Notes: generated by a model not told the origin, from the letters alone. A stretch of 63,062 bases of DNA, filler included, from Candidatus Fermentibacterota bacterium (GCA_016928395.1; 5 parts of 5 records of this genome joined end to end with filler, not necessarily neighbours in it); one strand, 5' to 3'; positions 30,381 to 40,795 are shown, counted from the first letter of the whole stretch. A program made the numbers and translations.

Positions 30381-30408
30381 GACGGCCCCGGCCCCTGCCG
30401 GGGCCGTC
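30381..30408. terminator. Hairpin between convergent genes
   Basis: GACGGCCCCGGC-ccct-GCCGGGGCCGTC 12-bp stem. Confidence 0.6.
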
Positions 30409-30573
30409 GTGCTGTTGCCGCCATCCATCTGAACTAGGCGTCGGTTCGGCTGCAAAACCCGGATACCGAAAGAGTGGGACGTACCCCTGGACAACTCATG
30501 ACGGGGTATCTTTCCCACAGATTCACGAACTCTATACTGTCACCGTGCGTGAGAACAAAGAGCATTGCCAGTC

Positions 30574-31707
30574 TTAGCACTCGCGGGATCGCAGGTATGA
30601 CTCCATCTGTTGAATCGTGTTCAAATTTGGGATGACTGTCAAACCCAGATCGGCCAGATCGACGAACGCGACATCCCGCCCGACATACAATGGCCGGATC
30701 CGCCGCTGTCCCGCGTTCAAAAGACGCTCTGCATCGGGTAGAAGACGCCGGCGATACACGGCCAGCAGAGGCTCCAGCATGGCACCGGCGCCTTGCGGCA
30801 CGGCCGCTTCGTGACAAAGAGCCGCGTCCAGCAGTCGTGTCACAAGTCTCTCGGGAATCTCGGGGAGGTCGCAGGCCACCACCAGGTTGCGATCGCTGGC
30901 GCTGGCGGCAAGGCATGATGCCAGACCCATGAGAGGGCCCTGGCCGGCAACGCGATCGGCCACAATTCTAACCCGGGGGGGCAAAGGCCCAGAGGTCGCA
31001 TCCCCGACGCCAACAATGACCTCACGGACAAGGTGCCGGATCTGCGTGATCACCATTTCCAGCAACGTGATGCCGCCCATAGACACGGCACGTTTGTCTC
31101 TGCCCATGCGCCGGCTGGCCCCACCCGCCAGCACGATGCCGGTCGGCGGCTCACGCAACTGCCACCTCTGCCGCACGATATCGAGGGCTTCCAGACGAAG
31201 GTCGAAGCTCTGGCCGTCGAACCGCACCTCTCGGTCAGCGAATCGCTCCACAGCCCTTGCCGTTGCCTTGGCCGGCCCCGACCCCTCACGCCGAAGCATG
31301 AGGAACAGGTCGGGATCGAGCACCGTGCGAAGACGGTTGGATTCCACCACCGCCACGCTTCCCGCCAGAGCCTCGCACAGGGCCTGTGCCCCCGCCATCA
31401 GGTGATCCTCACGAACCTTCAGCCAGAGAACCCGCCCCGCCCCGGCCTCTTTCATGCGGGCGGTATCCTTGCCCAAAGCGCTGTCGTCGGCATCCGTGAG
31501 GCAAAAAGGGCCGTCAAAGGATGAACAGGCGCCGCAGCCCTCCCCTCCCCTGGGGCATTTCCCCTTCCCTTGTGGTTCCGTCGTGGTGACCTTTACAGCG
31601 ATGATGGGGCAATGAGCAAGGAAGCGTCGGAGTATACGGCAGGCTAGTTCAGTCTTGCCGGCATCCCGATTGGCAGATCCGATCAAGAGGACACCGGGGG
31701 CCCGCAA
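30574..31707 (-). CDS. mobA: MobB-like P-loop domain fused to molybdenum cofactor guanylyltransferase MobA
   Basis: N-terminal GSANRDAGKT, CPRGGEGCGAC and GKDTAR; C-terminal GIVLAGGASRRMGRDK, QGPLMG, VACDLP, EPLLAVY and NLNT. Confidence 0.8.
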   Translation of the reverse strand: MRAPGVLLIGSANRDAGKTELACRILRRFLAHCPIIAVKVTTTEPQGKGKCPRGGEGCGACSSFDGPFCLTDADDSALGKDTARMKEAGAGRVLWLKVREDHLMAGAQALCEALAGSVAVVESNRLRTVLDPDLFLMLRREGSGPAKATARAVERFADREVRFDGQSFDLRLEALDIVRQRWQLREPPTGIVLAGGASRRMGRDKRAVSMGGITLLEMVITQIRHLVREVIVGVGDATSGPLPPRVRIVADRVAGQGPLMGLASCLAASASDRNLVVACDLPEIPERLVTRLLDAALCHEAAVPQGAGAMLEPLLAVYRRRLLPDAERLLNAGQRRIRPLYVGRDVAFVDLADLGLTVIPNLNTIQQMESYLRSREC

Positions 31708-31817
31708 CCGCGCGCCCCCGGTGTCGTTAGACGTGGAGTTCAGACCATTTCCTCCGGGCGCTGCATCGCCGCCTGAGACCCGAGGAGTTCATGGCGAGAC
31801 GCCTTGGAGTCTTCAGA

Positions 31818-32609
31818 TTACTTCTGTGGCTCCGGTACGGTACACGCACACTTCTTGAAGGCCATGTAATAGATGAACGCAACAAACCCGGCTCCGCCGA
31901 CGATATTTCCCAGCGTTGCCCACAGCAGATTGTTCATCATGCCACCCCAGGAAACCGTCGCGGGACTCAGAATCTTCCCAATCGGGATGAAGTACATGTT
32001 CGCCACGCTGTGCTCAAAACCGGAGGTAACGAAGGCCATGATTGGGAAGAAAATGCCGAAAATCTTCCCTACGATGTCGTGGGACGCGAGTGCCAGCCAC
32101 ACGGCGAGACACACGAGCCAGTTACACATAATGGCCCTGAAGAAGATCTGCATCGTGGGAAGTCCGGCCTTCATCGATGCGATTGCCACTGCTTTCTCAG
32201 CAACCTTCCCGGCCACGAGCCCACTTTCCGACATGAACCACACCAGCAGAAGGGACCCTATCAGATTCGCGACCCAGACGTAGAGCCAGTACTTGAGCAT
32301 CGTCACGAACTTGGTGTTGCCACCCAACACCGACATGAAGATCAGATTGTTGCCCGTGAAGAGCTCCGCTCCGGCGATCACCACCAACATGAGGCCGACG
32401 CTGAACACGGCACCGCCCAAGAATATGTTGATGCCTGGGTCCTCAACATTCGCCATAACCCTGGTGGCGAGCTGGGCTCCGAACGCTATGAATGCTCCGG
32501 CAAGAATGCCAAGTATCATCACCTGCCAGAAAGACAGTTGACACTTCTTGACACCAACCTGCGACATCACGCTTTCCGCGATATTCGCGGGGGCGTTGAA
32601 ACTGGACAT
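31818..32609 (-). CDS. Formate/nitrite transporter (FNT, FdhC/FocA-like)
   Basis: AGAFIAFG, GAELFTGN, CNWLVCLA, GFEHSVANMY and TLGNIVGG; AGGAGAGGAG RBS. Confidence 0.95.
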   Translation of the reverse strand: MSSFNAPANIAESVMSQVGVKKCQLSFWQVMILGILAGAFIAFGAQLATRVMANVEDPGINIFLGGAVFSVGLMLVVIAGAELFTGNNLIFMSVLGGNTKFVTMLKYWLYVWVANLIGSLLLVWFMSESGLVAGKVAEKAVAIASMKAGLPTMQIFFRAIMCNWLVCLAVWLALASHDIVGKIFGIFFPIMAFVTSGFEHSVANMYFIPIGKILSPATVSWGGMMNNLLWATLGNIVGGAGFVAFIYYMAFKKCACTVPEPQK

Positions 32610-32700
32610 GCTCCTCTCCTTTTCTTTGCCTTTGTGGTTTCGGCGTCTGCTTGAGCTCGCTCGCGAACATACGCCAACGGGGCCCGTGGCGGGGCCTGAC

Positions 32701-32716
32701 TGCAAAAGCCTCGCCT
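32701..32716 (-). promoter_or_regulatory. Possible sigma54 promoter for the FNT-mobA segment
   Basis: AGGCGAGGCTTTTGCA (GG-N10-GC), about 90 nt upstream of the FNT start, in a gap of about 440 bp. Confidence 0.3.
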
Positions 32717-33046
32717 TTCTCTCCTCTGCGCAGCCCAACTCGCAGGAAACCCAGGCCATTGGCCAGAGACCGGGTAGCCAGCGTGTTAGGCGATCCATCC
32801 CCGCCCCCCTTCAGCGCCTTCTCTTACACGGTTTCACTCCTCTCGTTGAAGTCCGCACCCAGCGGCGCTCACCCGCGGTCGCCCGCGCGGTTCGACGCCG
32901 ACACGCCTGACGAAGACTCGTGTTAGGGAGGCCGACCGGCACTCCCACCATCACTGCTGGTCCACCGCTCCTCAGCAAATCGGCAGCCGAAAGGTCTCAC
33001 AACGGCCCTCGGCCGATCTATGCGACACGGTGCATCCGGCCACGCC

Positions 33047-34879
33047 TTAGTGGCTGCTTGCGGTATAGTACCTCCCCAAAGAGCGATCACAGGCCGCACA
33101 CCCGTAGTCGGCCCGGCAATGCGCTTCGAACTCGGCCGGGAAGTTCTTCACCAGAGTTTCCAGCGGCATGATGGGCGACTGGCCCAATGCGCACAAAGAG
33201 GTCTTCTTCATGAGGGCCGCCGTCTCCCGCATCTTCTCGACATCCGCCCACTCGGCGGTCCTCTGCGCTAGGCGCCGGGCGGTATGATGGAGTTGGGCGG
33301 TGCCAACGCGGCAGGGCACGCATTGCCCGCACGACTCATGCTCGAAGAACGACATGGTCTGCACCAGAAAATCCACAGGGCACGTGGTCTGGTCGCACAC
33401 CAAGACCACGCCGGATCCCAAAGTAACGCCGTGTTTCATGGGAGTATCGATGTCAAGCGGAAGATCCATCAGATCCTCGCACAGCACACCACCGGCACTG
33501 CCTCCGACTTGGGCGAACTTGAAATGAGAACCCTCGCGAAGCCCCCGCCCATATACATCGATGATCTCGCGCAGCGTAGCGCCCATGGGAAGTTCAACCA
33601 GGCCGGTCCGGTTCAGAACGCCCGAGAGGCAGAATAGCTTGGTGCCGGGGCATGACAGCGTGCCGACCTCCTTGAACCACTCCGCACCCCTCTGCAGGAT
33701 CATCGGCACGGACATGAGGGTCTCCACATTATTGACCGTGCTGGGGCTGCCCTGGAACCCGGCTTGCCCCGGGAACGGAGGCTTGAAGCGGGGATACCCG
33801 CGGAGACCCTCCATGGAGTTCATCAATGAGGTTTCCTCGCCGCACACATAGGCGCCGCCGCCTTCCTTGATGAACACATCGAAACTGAAGCCTGATCCGA
33901 ACAGGTCTTCCCCTAGGCATCCGTCCAGGCGGGCCTGGTCGATGGCCCTCTGCAGGATGTCGATGGACCGGCGATACTCTCCCCGGACATAGATATACCC
34001 GACGGTGGCATCGGTGGCGAAACCACAGATCGCCATACCCTCCAAGAGCAGGTGGGGATCGCCTTCCATGAGCACCCGGTCCTTGAAAGTCCCGGGTTCT
34101 CCCTCATCGGCATTGCAGATGACGTACTTCTGCATGGGGCCCTTGACCACAAACGACCACTTGAGGCCCGCGGGGAACCCCGCGCCTCCGCGGCCGCGAA
34201 GCCCGGAGTCCTTGACGACGGCCACCACGTCCGCTGGGCTCATTCCCACCGCGCGGCGCAAGCCGGTATAGCCGCCCGCCTCGCGGTAGCGTGCGATCTC
34301 GCCCGGATCCACGCGGCCTATGTGGGCCAGCAGTCGCGCGGTCTGCCGCTCATCGTGGATGATGGTGGCAGCCGCGGAAGTCTCCGGCCCGCACCCTTCA
34401 CCGTCGCCGGATGCACCTGCCCGGTAGAATTGCAGGATGGAGGCCAGCCGTTCCTCGGTGAGATTGCCATGAAGATCGTAGTTCACCATCATGGCCGGCG
34501 CCACCGAGCATGCGCCCAGGCACTCGCATGTTTCCAGATAGAACATGCCGTCGGCAGTGGCTTCTTTCTCCCTAATGCCCAGGAGACGGCCGATGGCTTC
34601 CAGTACATTGATGGCGCCCGAGGTGTGACACGGCGTTGACTTGCAGACCCTGATTACGTACCGCGCCCTGGGAGCGGTCTTGAACATCGTGTAGAAGTCG
34701 ACAAAACCGGCCAGCGCGCTGGGAGGCAGATTCATCTCCTCCGCAACCCCCTCCAGTACGGTCGGCGCCAGGACATTGCGTTCGGAGAGCGTCTCCAGTT
34801 CGCGCAGGATCGCCATCAGGTGTTCCCGCTCGCTCCCGAACTTCTCGACGACCGAGCGGATAGTGTCTTTTGCGATCAT
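33047..34879 (-). CDS. Fused NuoE-NuoF-like diaphorase subunit of an NAD-linked formate dehydrogenase
   Basis: VCKSTPC...CLGACSVAP (2Fe-2S); GLRGRGGAGFP, NADEGEPG, YVCGEETSL, HESCGQCVPCR and CALG. Confidence 0.92.
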   Translation of the reverse strand: MIAKDTIRSVVEKFGSEREHLMAILRELETLSERNVLAPTVLEGVAEEMNLPPSALAGFVDFYTMFKTAPRARYVIRVCKSTPCHTSGAINVLEAIGRLLGIREKEATADGMFYLETCECLGACSVAPAMMVNYDLHGNLTEERLASILQFYRAGASGDGEGCGPETSAAATIIHDERQTARLLAHIGRVDPGEIARYREAGGYTGLRRAVGMSPADVVAVVKDSGLRGRGGAGFPAGLKWSFVVKGPMQKYVICNADEGEPGTFKDRVLMEGDPHLLLEGMAICGFATDATVGYIYVRGEYRRSIDILQRAIDQARLDGCLGEDLFGSGFSFDVFIKEGGGAYVCGEETSLMNSMEGLRGYPRFKPPFPGQAGFQGSPSTVNNVETLMSVPMILQRGAEWFKEVGTLSCPGTKLFCLSGVLNRTGLVELPMGATLREIIDVYGRGLREGSHFKFAQVGGSAGGVLCEDLMDLPLDIDTPMKHGVTLGSGVVLVCDQTTCPVDFLVQTMSFFEHESCGQCVPCRVGTAQLHHTARRLAQRTAEWADVEKMRETAALMKKTSLCALGQSPIMPLETLVKNFPAEFEAHCRADYGCAACDRSLGRYYTASSH

Positions 34880-37593
34880 CGCACATCCTCCCGGGGATAC
34901 ACCTTCTCCACTTTGCAGGCACAGACCTTGAACTCCGGGATCTTGCAGGCCGGATCCAAGGCATCGATGGTCAACACATTGGCGGCCGCCTCCCGGAAGT
35001 GGAAGGGAATGAACACCACATTGGCCTTGGGGCGGTCGCTTATGAAGGCCTTAAGCCGGAGGCTGCCCCGGCGAGTCGAAACCGAGACGATCTCCCCGTC
35101 GCTGACGTCGATGTTCCTGGCATCGTTGGGGCCGATCTCCACGTAGGGACCGGGCACTATCTCATTCAGGATTCTTGAGTTTCGGCTCATGGTGCCCGTG
35201 TGGAAATGCTCGAGAACCCGGCCCGTGGTCAAGACCATGGGGTATTCGGGATCCACTTCTTCCGCTGGTGGGGTGTAGTCAATGGGTGTAAGAAGGCCCA
35301 GACCCCTGGCAAAACGGTCTTTGTGCAGGAACTGGGTACCCGGATGGCCCTCAGTCGGGCATGGCCACTGCAGAAGTTCCCTGTCGAGCCGTTCCCAGGT
35401 CATGCCTGCATACGACGGGGTCACGCCCCGCATCTCGTCGAAGATCTCCTCGGCGCCCCGATAATCCCACTGGGCGCCCAGCCGATTCGCCAGAGCCTGT
35501 GTGATCCACCAGTCCTCGCGGTCGTCACCCACCGGCTCCACCACGCGATGCATCAGCTGCACACGCCGTTCGGTATTGGATACCGTGCCCTCCTTCTCGA
35601 GGAAAGAGTAGCTGGGAAGCACCACATGGGCGTATTCGGCGGTCTCGGTCAGGACTATGTCCTGCACGATGAGCAGGTCGAGGGCCTTCAGCGCTTCGAT
35701 GACGTGATGCTGATTGGGATCAGACAAGACCGGGTTCTCACCCATGATGTAGAGCGCGCGAACTTTGCCGTCGATGGCCGCATTCAGGGATTCCACGATA
35801 GTCAAACCGGGCGTCTCCGGAAGGGAGGGTACGCCCCATGCCTGCTCGAACTTCTTGCGGGCATCGGGATTGGTCACCGGCTGGTAGGCAGGGAACACAT
35901 TGGGCAGACCGCCCATGTCGCACGCGCCCTGCACATTGCTCTGGCCGCGCAACGGGTTCACTCCTCCTCCCGCGACGCCGAGGTTGCCCAGAAGCATCTG
36001 CAGATTGGCCACCGATTTGACACCGTTCACACCGGACTTGAACTGGGTGATGCCCATGCAATAGTAGAGTGCCATGGGTTTCGCAGCCGCCAGCAACCGC
36101 GCAGCCGCCACAATCTGATCGGGATCGGCAAGACCGCAGATCCCGGCAACGTATTCCGGTGTGTACTTCTGCAGCGTCTGCTCCAAGGCCTCGAATCCCT
36201 CGCAGCGGGTTTGAACATAGGCTGCGTCGTGCAGGCCTTCGCGCAGGATGACATGCATCAGCCCGTTGAGCAGGGCGATATTCGTACCCGGCAGGATCTG
36301 AAGGAAAATATCCGCGTATCGCGCCATCTCGATCTTCCGGGGATCAGCGACCACCAGCTTCTTCCCGCCGTGGATCACCGCCTTCTTGATCATGGACGCG
36401 ATGACCGGATGATTTTCGGTGGTGTTCGAGCCGATAATGAAGAACGCCTCGGAGACCGGAATCTCACGGATGGAGTTAGTCATGGCGCCCGAGCCCAACG
36501 TGGCCGCCAGACCGGCGACCGTTGAGCTGTGTCAAAGCCGTGCGCAGTGATCAACATTGTTCGTGCCGATCACTCCGCGCATGAACTTCTGGAGGAGGTA
36601 GTTTTCCTCGTTGGTGCACTTGGCCGATGTAAAGGACATGACGGCATCAGGCCCATGCTCGGCCTTGATCGTGGCCAGGCGACCCGCCGCATAGTCAAGG
36701 GCCTCATCCCATGTGGCCTCGACGAGCTGGCCTTCCTTGCGGATCAGCGGGGTCTTCAGACGCTTCGGGCTCTGTACGAAATCGAAGCCAAAGCGTCCCT
36801 TCACGCACAGGTGCCCGCGGTTCGGGCCGTGGATCGACCCCTCCGCCTTCACCAGTTGTCCTTCGCGGTTGGTGAAGAAGTTGATCTGACAGCCGACACC
36901 GCAATAGACGCACACGCTGTTGCGAGAGGTGAGCTCCCAGGCCTGTCCGCGACCCAGGACCGTCTGAAATGATAGTGCGCCGGTTGGGCAGAGCTGCACG
37001 CACTGACCGCACTGCACGCACTCCGACTCGCCAAGCAGGTCTCTGATGCCAGTGGTCAGATGGGTATGGCTGCCGCGACCGGCGAAATTCCACACCCTGC
37101 TCAGTTGGATCTCTTCGCATGCCTTCACGCAGCGTCCGCAGAGGACGCAGCGGTTCTCCTCCCGCCGCAGACCCTCACTGGAGCTGACATCCCGCACGCG
37201 AAGATTCCGTGGCGCGCTGCTCGGCGGAGGCACATCAATGCCGTGCTCGAAGCACAGCGACTGAAGCTCACACGCACCGTTGGCCTCACAGTACAGGCAG
37301 TTGTGATCACCCTCGGCCAGGAGGAAGTTCAGTATGCCTCTGCGCATATCGAGAATCTCGGGATCCACGGTGACGATATCCATCCCAGGCGCCACCGGCT
37401 CCGTGCATGCCGTCTTGTACATGGTCTTGTTCACGCGCACGGCGCAGACACGGCACGCGCCGGTGCGGCTGATCTGGGAATGGTAGCACAGGGTCGGAAT
37501 CCGCACGCCATGGGCAGCGGCTGCATCGAGGATGGTCTGGCCTCGTTCGCATTCCACCGTTTTCCCGTTAAGCTTGATCTGTATCGTTGCCAT
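34876..37593 (-). CDS. fdhF: Selenocysteine-containing Mo/W formate dehydrogenase alpha subunit (in-frame UGA at 36532-36534), about 905 aa
   Basis: The two track ORFs are in the same frame. Readthrough gives [29 protein letters not shown]. N-terminal 2Fe-2S/4Fe-4S domains, CVYCGVGC, PLRGQSNVQG and TTGRVLEHFHT. Confidence 0.95.
36502..36520 (-). promoter_or_regulatory. Bacterial SECIS-like stem-loop
   Basis: GGUCGCCG-GUC-UGGCGGCC hairpin starting 11 nt after the UGA. Confidence 0.7.
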
Positions 37594-37602
37594 TGCCTTC
37601 CC

Positions 37603-38004
37603 TCAGGAACGTGTACGTTGGGCCAGAACTTTGCGGATGGTCTCGACGAGTTTCTTCGGTGCGATGGGCTTTTCCAGGAACATGTCGACGGGCCAGGGCC
37701 TGTCGGTGATATACTGGAAGGTTTCCACGTAATCCTTCGACTGAGACATTGCCGTCAGCATCACGATTGGAATCTCCTTGGTTTCCTCGCTGTTCTGCAG
37801 CTCGTACGCCAGGTCGAAACCCTCCGTGTCCGTTGCCATCATCACGTCAAGCAGAATCAAGGCCGGCGCTTGTTGGGCAATCCTTGTGCGGGCCTCGCTC
37901 CCATCGCGGGCGGCGGTGACATCATAGCCTTCCGCCTCCAGAGTGATCCTGACTGCTTCAACCAGATCCGGATCATCATCGACTACGAGTATTTCCTGGG
38001 CCAT
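37603..38004 (-). CDS. Stand-alone response regulator receiver protein
   Basis: ILVVDDD, LILLDVMM, MLTA and EKP; no output domain; ends 9 bp before the fdh start. Confidence 0.92.
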   Translation of the reverse strand: MAQEILVVDDDPDLVEAVRITLEAEGYDVTAARDGSEARTRIAQQAPALILLDVMMATDTEGFDLAYELQNSEETKEIPIVMLTAMSQSKDYVETFQYITDRPWPVDMFLEKPIAPKKLVETIRKVLAQRTRS

Positions 38005-38802
38005 GGCGGCGTTCGCTCCTTCCCGGTGCGCAAAACCAGGTGGGTCGGGGACGAATCGGCAGTCCCGTCCGCTCCGAAAGCCCGCGCCCGGAACACGGCG
38101 CCCGGAACCACCTTCTTCTACGGTTGATATTCGACATTCTCCTGTTCGGGCGACGGGAGCAACGCCTCATGAGCACCGCCGTCGGATCCCTTCGCCACGG
38201 AATCGGCGGCATGCAGGCCTGCCGATTTCAGAATTCAAGCCGATGCCGAAGCGAGCGCAAACCCGCAACCGCACCGGCCACGTTTCGTAGCATCCGCCCG
38301 CGGCATATGCCGCAACGAATCTGGGGCTTTGCAGACGGAGGTCCGTGATGCAACCCACCGCATCGGCGATGATTGCATAGAACGGACTACCATCCGTAAA
38401 TGCCCGCAAACCCTACAAGTATATGGGGGTAGCTTCAGTATCTCAAGTGGTAAGAGCGGGCTCGTTTCGCAAGGAGTTCGCTGCGTATGGCTCGTGCTTC
38501 CTTGTCCTTCAGGCGCCCCCTTGGCCGCCTCATTTCCCGCCCGTGCTCTGGCTGGCTCTCCTGGTATCAGCAACTAGAGCACATCTTGGGACGTCGAAGT
38601 CTCGGAACGGAAATTGCGTGTTTGGCCTACGAGTGGTACGCGAGACACCGACGTAGGCCTTTGTTCCGGCCGACTTTGGAGCGCAGTTGCGGGACGACCC
38701 ACCCGGTGTGTACGATGAAGTTCTGTATGCCGAGCCGGTCAGGACCACGAGAGGCCGGACGAATCCCGTAGGGTTCTCTCGGTACGCGACAATGAGGAGT
38801 AC

Positions 38803-39756
38803 ATGATGATGCGACACCACACTCTGGTCATGGTACTGGTAGCAGGCGCAGCCATTCTAGTGCTCATGATGGCCAAGGCAGAAACGATGGTTGATGGAGA
38901 GGAAGAGACCATGCGACAGCTCACTGCCGAAGAGGCACGAGTGATCCTACAGAAAGGTACCGAGCGAGCCTTCACCGGCGAATACTGGGACCACCACGAA
39001 GACGGCACCTACCGATGTCGTCAGTGCGGCGCTACCCTCTTCTCATCCGGTCACAAGTTCGACTCGGGATGCGGCTGGCCCAGCTTCGATGACGCCGAGC
39101 CCGGAGCCGTCAAGGAGGTGCCTGACGCTGACGGACGGCGTACCGAGATCGTGTGCGCCGCCTGCGGTGGCCACTTGGGCCATGTCTTCAGGGGTGAGGG
39201 GCTCACCCCGGCTGACACACGCCACTGCGTAAACTCAATCTCGATGACCTTCGAACCCGCCTCGCCTCCTTCGGAGAAAGCCTACTTCGCAGGAGGGTGC
39301 TTCTGGGGAGTCGAGTTTTGGTTCGAGAAGGAACCAGGAGTGAGCGCCGCTGTGTCCGGCTACATGGGCGGGGGAACAGAGCGGCCGAGTTACGCCGAGG
39401 TGTGCAGCGGCACTACTGGTCATGTCGAGTCCGTGGAGGTCACCTTCGATCCGACGGTGGTCTCGTATGAGACATTGGCCAGGCTGTTCTTCGAGATCCA
39501 CGATCCGACCCAGGTCGAGCGGCAGGGCCCGGACGTGGGAACCCAGTACCGTTCAGTTGTCTTCTACGCATCAGACGAGCAACGACAGGTTGCCGAGTCA
39601 CTGATCGCGCGGCTTGAGGAGAGAGGATACAACGTCGCCACCCGCCTGGAACCTGCCACGACCTTCTGGAGGGCCGAGGATTATCACCAGGACTACTACA
39701 CGCACAAGGGATCGACCCCCTACTGCCACGCCAGGGTACGTCGCTTCTCAGACTAG
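38803..39756 (+). CDS. msrAB: Bifunctional methionine sulfoxide reductase MsrB-MsrA with N-terminal signal/anchor
   Basis: GTERAF, FDSGCGWPSF, GHLGHVF and RHCVNS (MsrB); FAGGCFWGVE and AEDYHQDY (MsrA). Confidence 0.95.
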   Translation: MMMRHHTLVMVLVAGAAILVLMMAKAETMVDGEEETMRQLTAEEARVILQKGTERAFTGEYWDHHEDGTYRCRQCGATLFSSGHKFDSGCGWPSFDDAEPGAVKEVPDADGRRTEIVCAACGGHLGHVFRGEGLTPADTRHCVNSISMTFEPASPPSEKAYFAGGCFWGVEFWFEKEPGVSAAVSGYMGGGTERPSYAEVCSGTTGHVESVEVTFDPTVVSYETLARLFFEIHDPTQVERQGPDVGTQYRSVVFYASDEQRQVAESLIARLEERGYNVATRLEPATTFWRAEDYHQDYYTHKGSTPYCHARVRRFSD

Positions 39757-39839
39757 GGTCCCCACAGGGGTCACGCCCCCCGTTACCGGATCCATCTGAA
39801 CTACTCGGGCCTGGCAACGTGGAGCGAAGCGACGCTTCC

Positions 39840-40062
39840 CACAGAGGCACAGAGGGTACAGAAGAAGATAGGTCTCACGCAAAGTCGCCTGGATAAGTAA
39901 GGAGATAGGAGTAAGGAGTGAGGAGATGGGCGGCGGCCAGCCTTGGGCAGTATCCAGAATCCAGAAGGCCCATCCAATCTTCCGTTCGTCCATTCATCCC
40001 ATCATTCCATCGTTCCAGTATTCCGACCCTGAACCCTGGAGCCTGCGAGCGAAGCGAAGCCG
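39840..40062. repeat. Intergenic repeat mosaic
   Basis: (AGGAGnn)4 at 39900-39928; cattcc-type 8-mers at about 39991-40024; gaccctgaaccct...ctgcgagcgaagcgaagc at 40025-40060. Confidence 0.8.
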
Positions 40063-40180
40063 GCAGTCTGGCCTGAACTCGGAGCCCTTCCAACTGCGAG
40101 CGAAACCGTGAGCAATACGCTGTGCCCGGCACACCCCGTGGCCCTGATCACGCCTCCCGAACCCGCCGCTGAGATATCAC

Positions 40181-40795
40181 CTATGATTCGTCGGGTGTCT
40201 CTTTCACCTCAGGGTTGTAATGACGGATGGCTGCGCGCAGCTCCTGCTCGGGCACGACAACGAGAGAGACACTCATCCCGGTGGACTCCTCGAGATCGCG
40301 AACCATGATCTCGTCATAGGGCCGCGCCGTGGCAACACTCAGGACGTCGCCGGTGATGTCTATGGGCAAGAACAGCGCCTGCAGTGCCAGTTCCGGGGGA
40401 AGCAGACGCGCGGTGTCGGGGTCGACTTTGAGCTGGCGCAGCCTGAGACAGGGGAGGCCGTAGTCCAGCGCCATGAGCTGGGCCAGGTCCTCGTCGGTGA
40501 GATAGCCGAACCGTACCGCCATGCTCCCTAGTGGTTCGGTCAATGCCTGTGATCTCGTGACGATGCGATCCAGTTGCTCATGATTCAACAGACCCCGCTC
40601 GACCAGAGACTCGCCAAGCTGTTTCTCCAAATAGACGCTGAGCAGGGCCTCATCGACCCGGCCCAGCTCCAGAAGCGCGCGGCCCACGGGCACCAAACGC
40701 TGCTTGGAGTGTTCCAGTGCTGCCTCCAGATCCTCGCCCGAGATTACTCCATCTTCCAGGAGCATCTCACCTAACCGTTTCCTGAACAGACGCAC
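40181..40795 (-). CDS. Stand-alone MshEN/T2SSE_N domain protein (putative c-di-GMP binder), no ATPase
   Basis: Four LGxxLxxxGxIxxxxL-like repeats, then a GspE N-terminal subdomain; GTG start 40795. Confidence 0.8.
   Translation of the reverse strand: MRLFRKRLGEMLLEDGVISGEDLEAALEHSKQRLVPVGRALLELGRVDEALLSVYLEKQLGESLVERGLLNHEQLDRIVTRSQALTEPLGSMAVRFGYLTDEDLAQLMALDYGLPCLRLRQLKVDPDTARLLPPELALQALFLPIDITGDVLSVATARPYDEIMVRDLEESTGMSVSLVVVPEQELRAAIRHYNPEVKETPDES

Noticed and set aside
32610-33046. Moco/Wco riboswitch upstream of the FNT gene
   Set aside because: The context is plausible, but I could not recognise the conserved motif. An Rfam scan is needed.
34876-37593. Split or pseudogenised formate dehydrogenase
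   Set aside because: The stop is an in-frame UGA at the catalytic Sec position, followed by a SECIS-like hairpin.
38235-38248. Sigma54 promoter upstream of the FDH operon
   Set aside because: CGGCATCGGCTTGA has 9-nt rather than 10-nt spacing and GA instead of GC.
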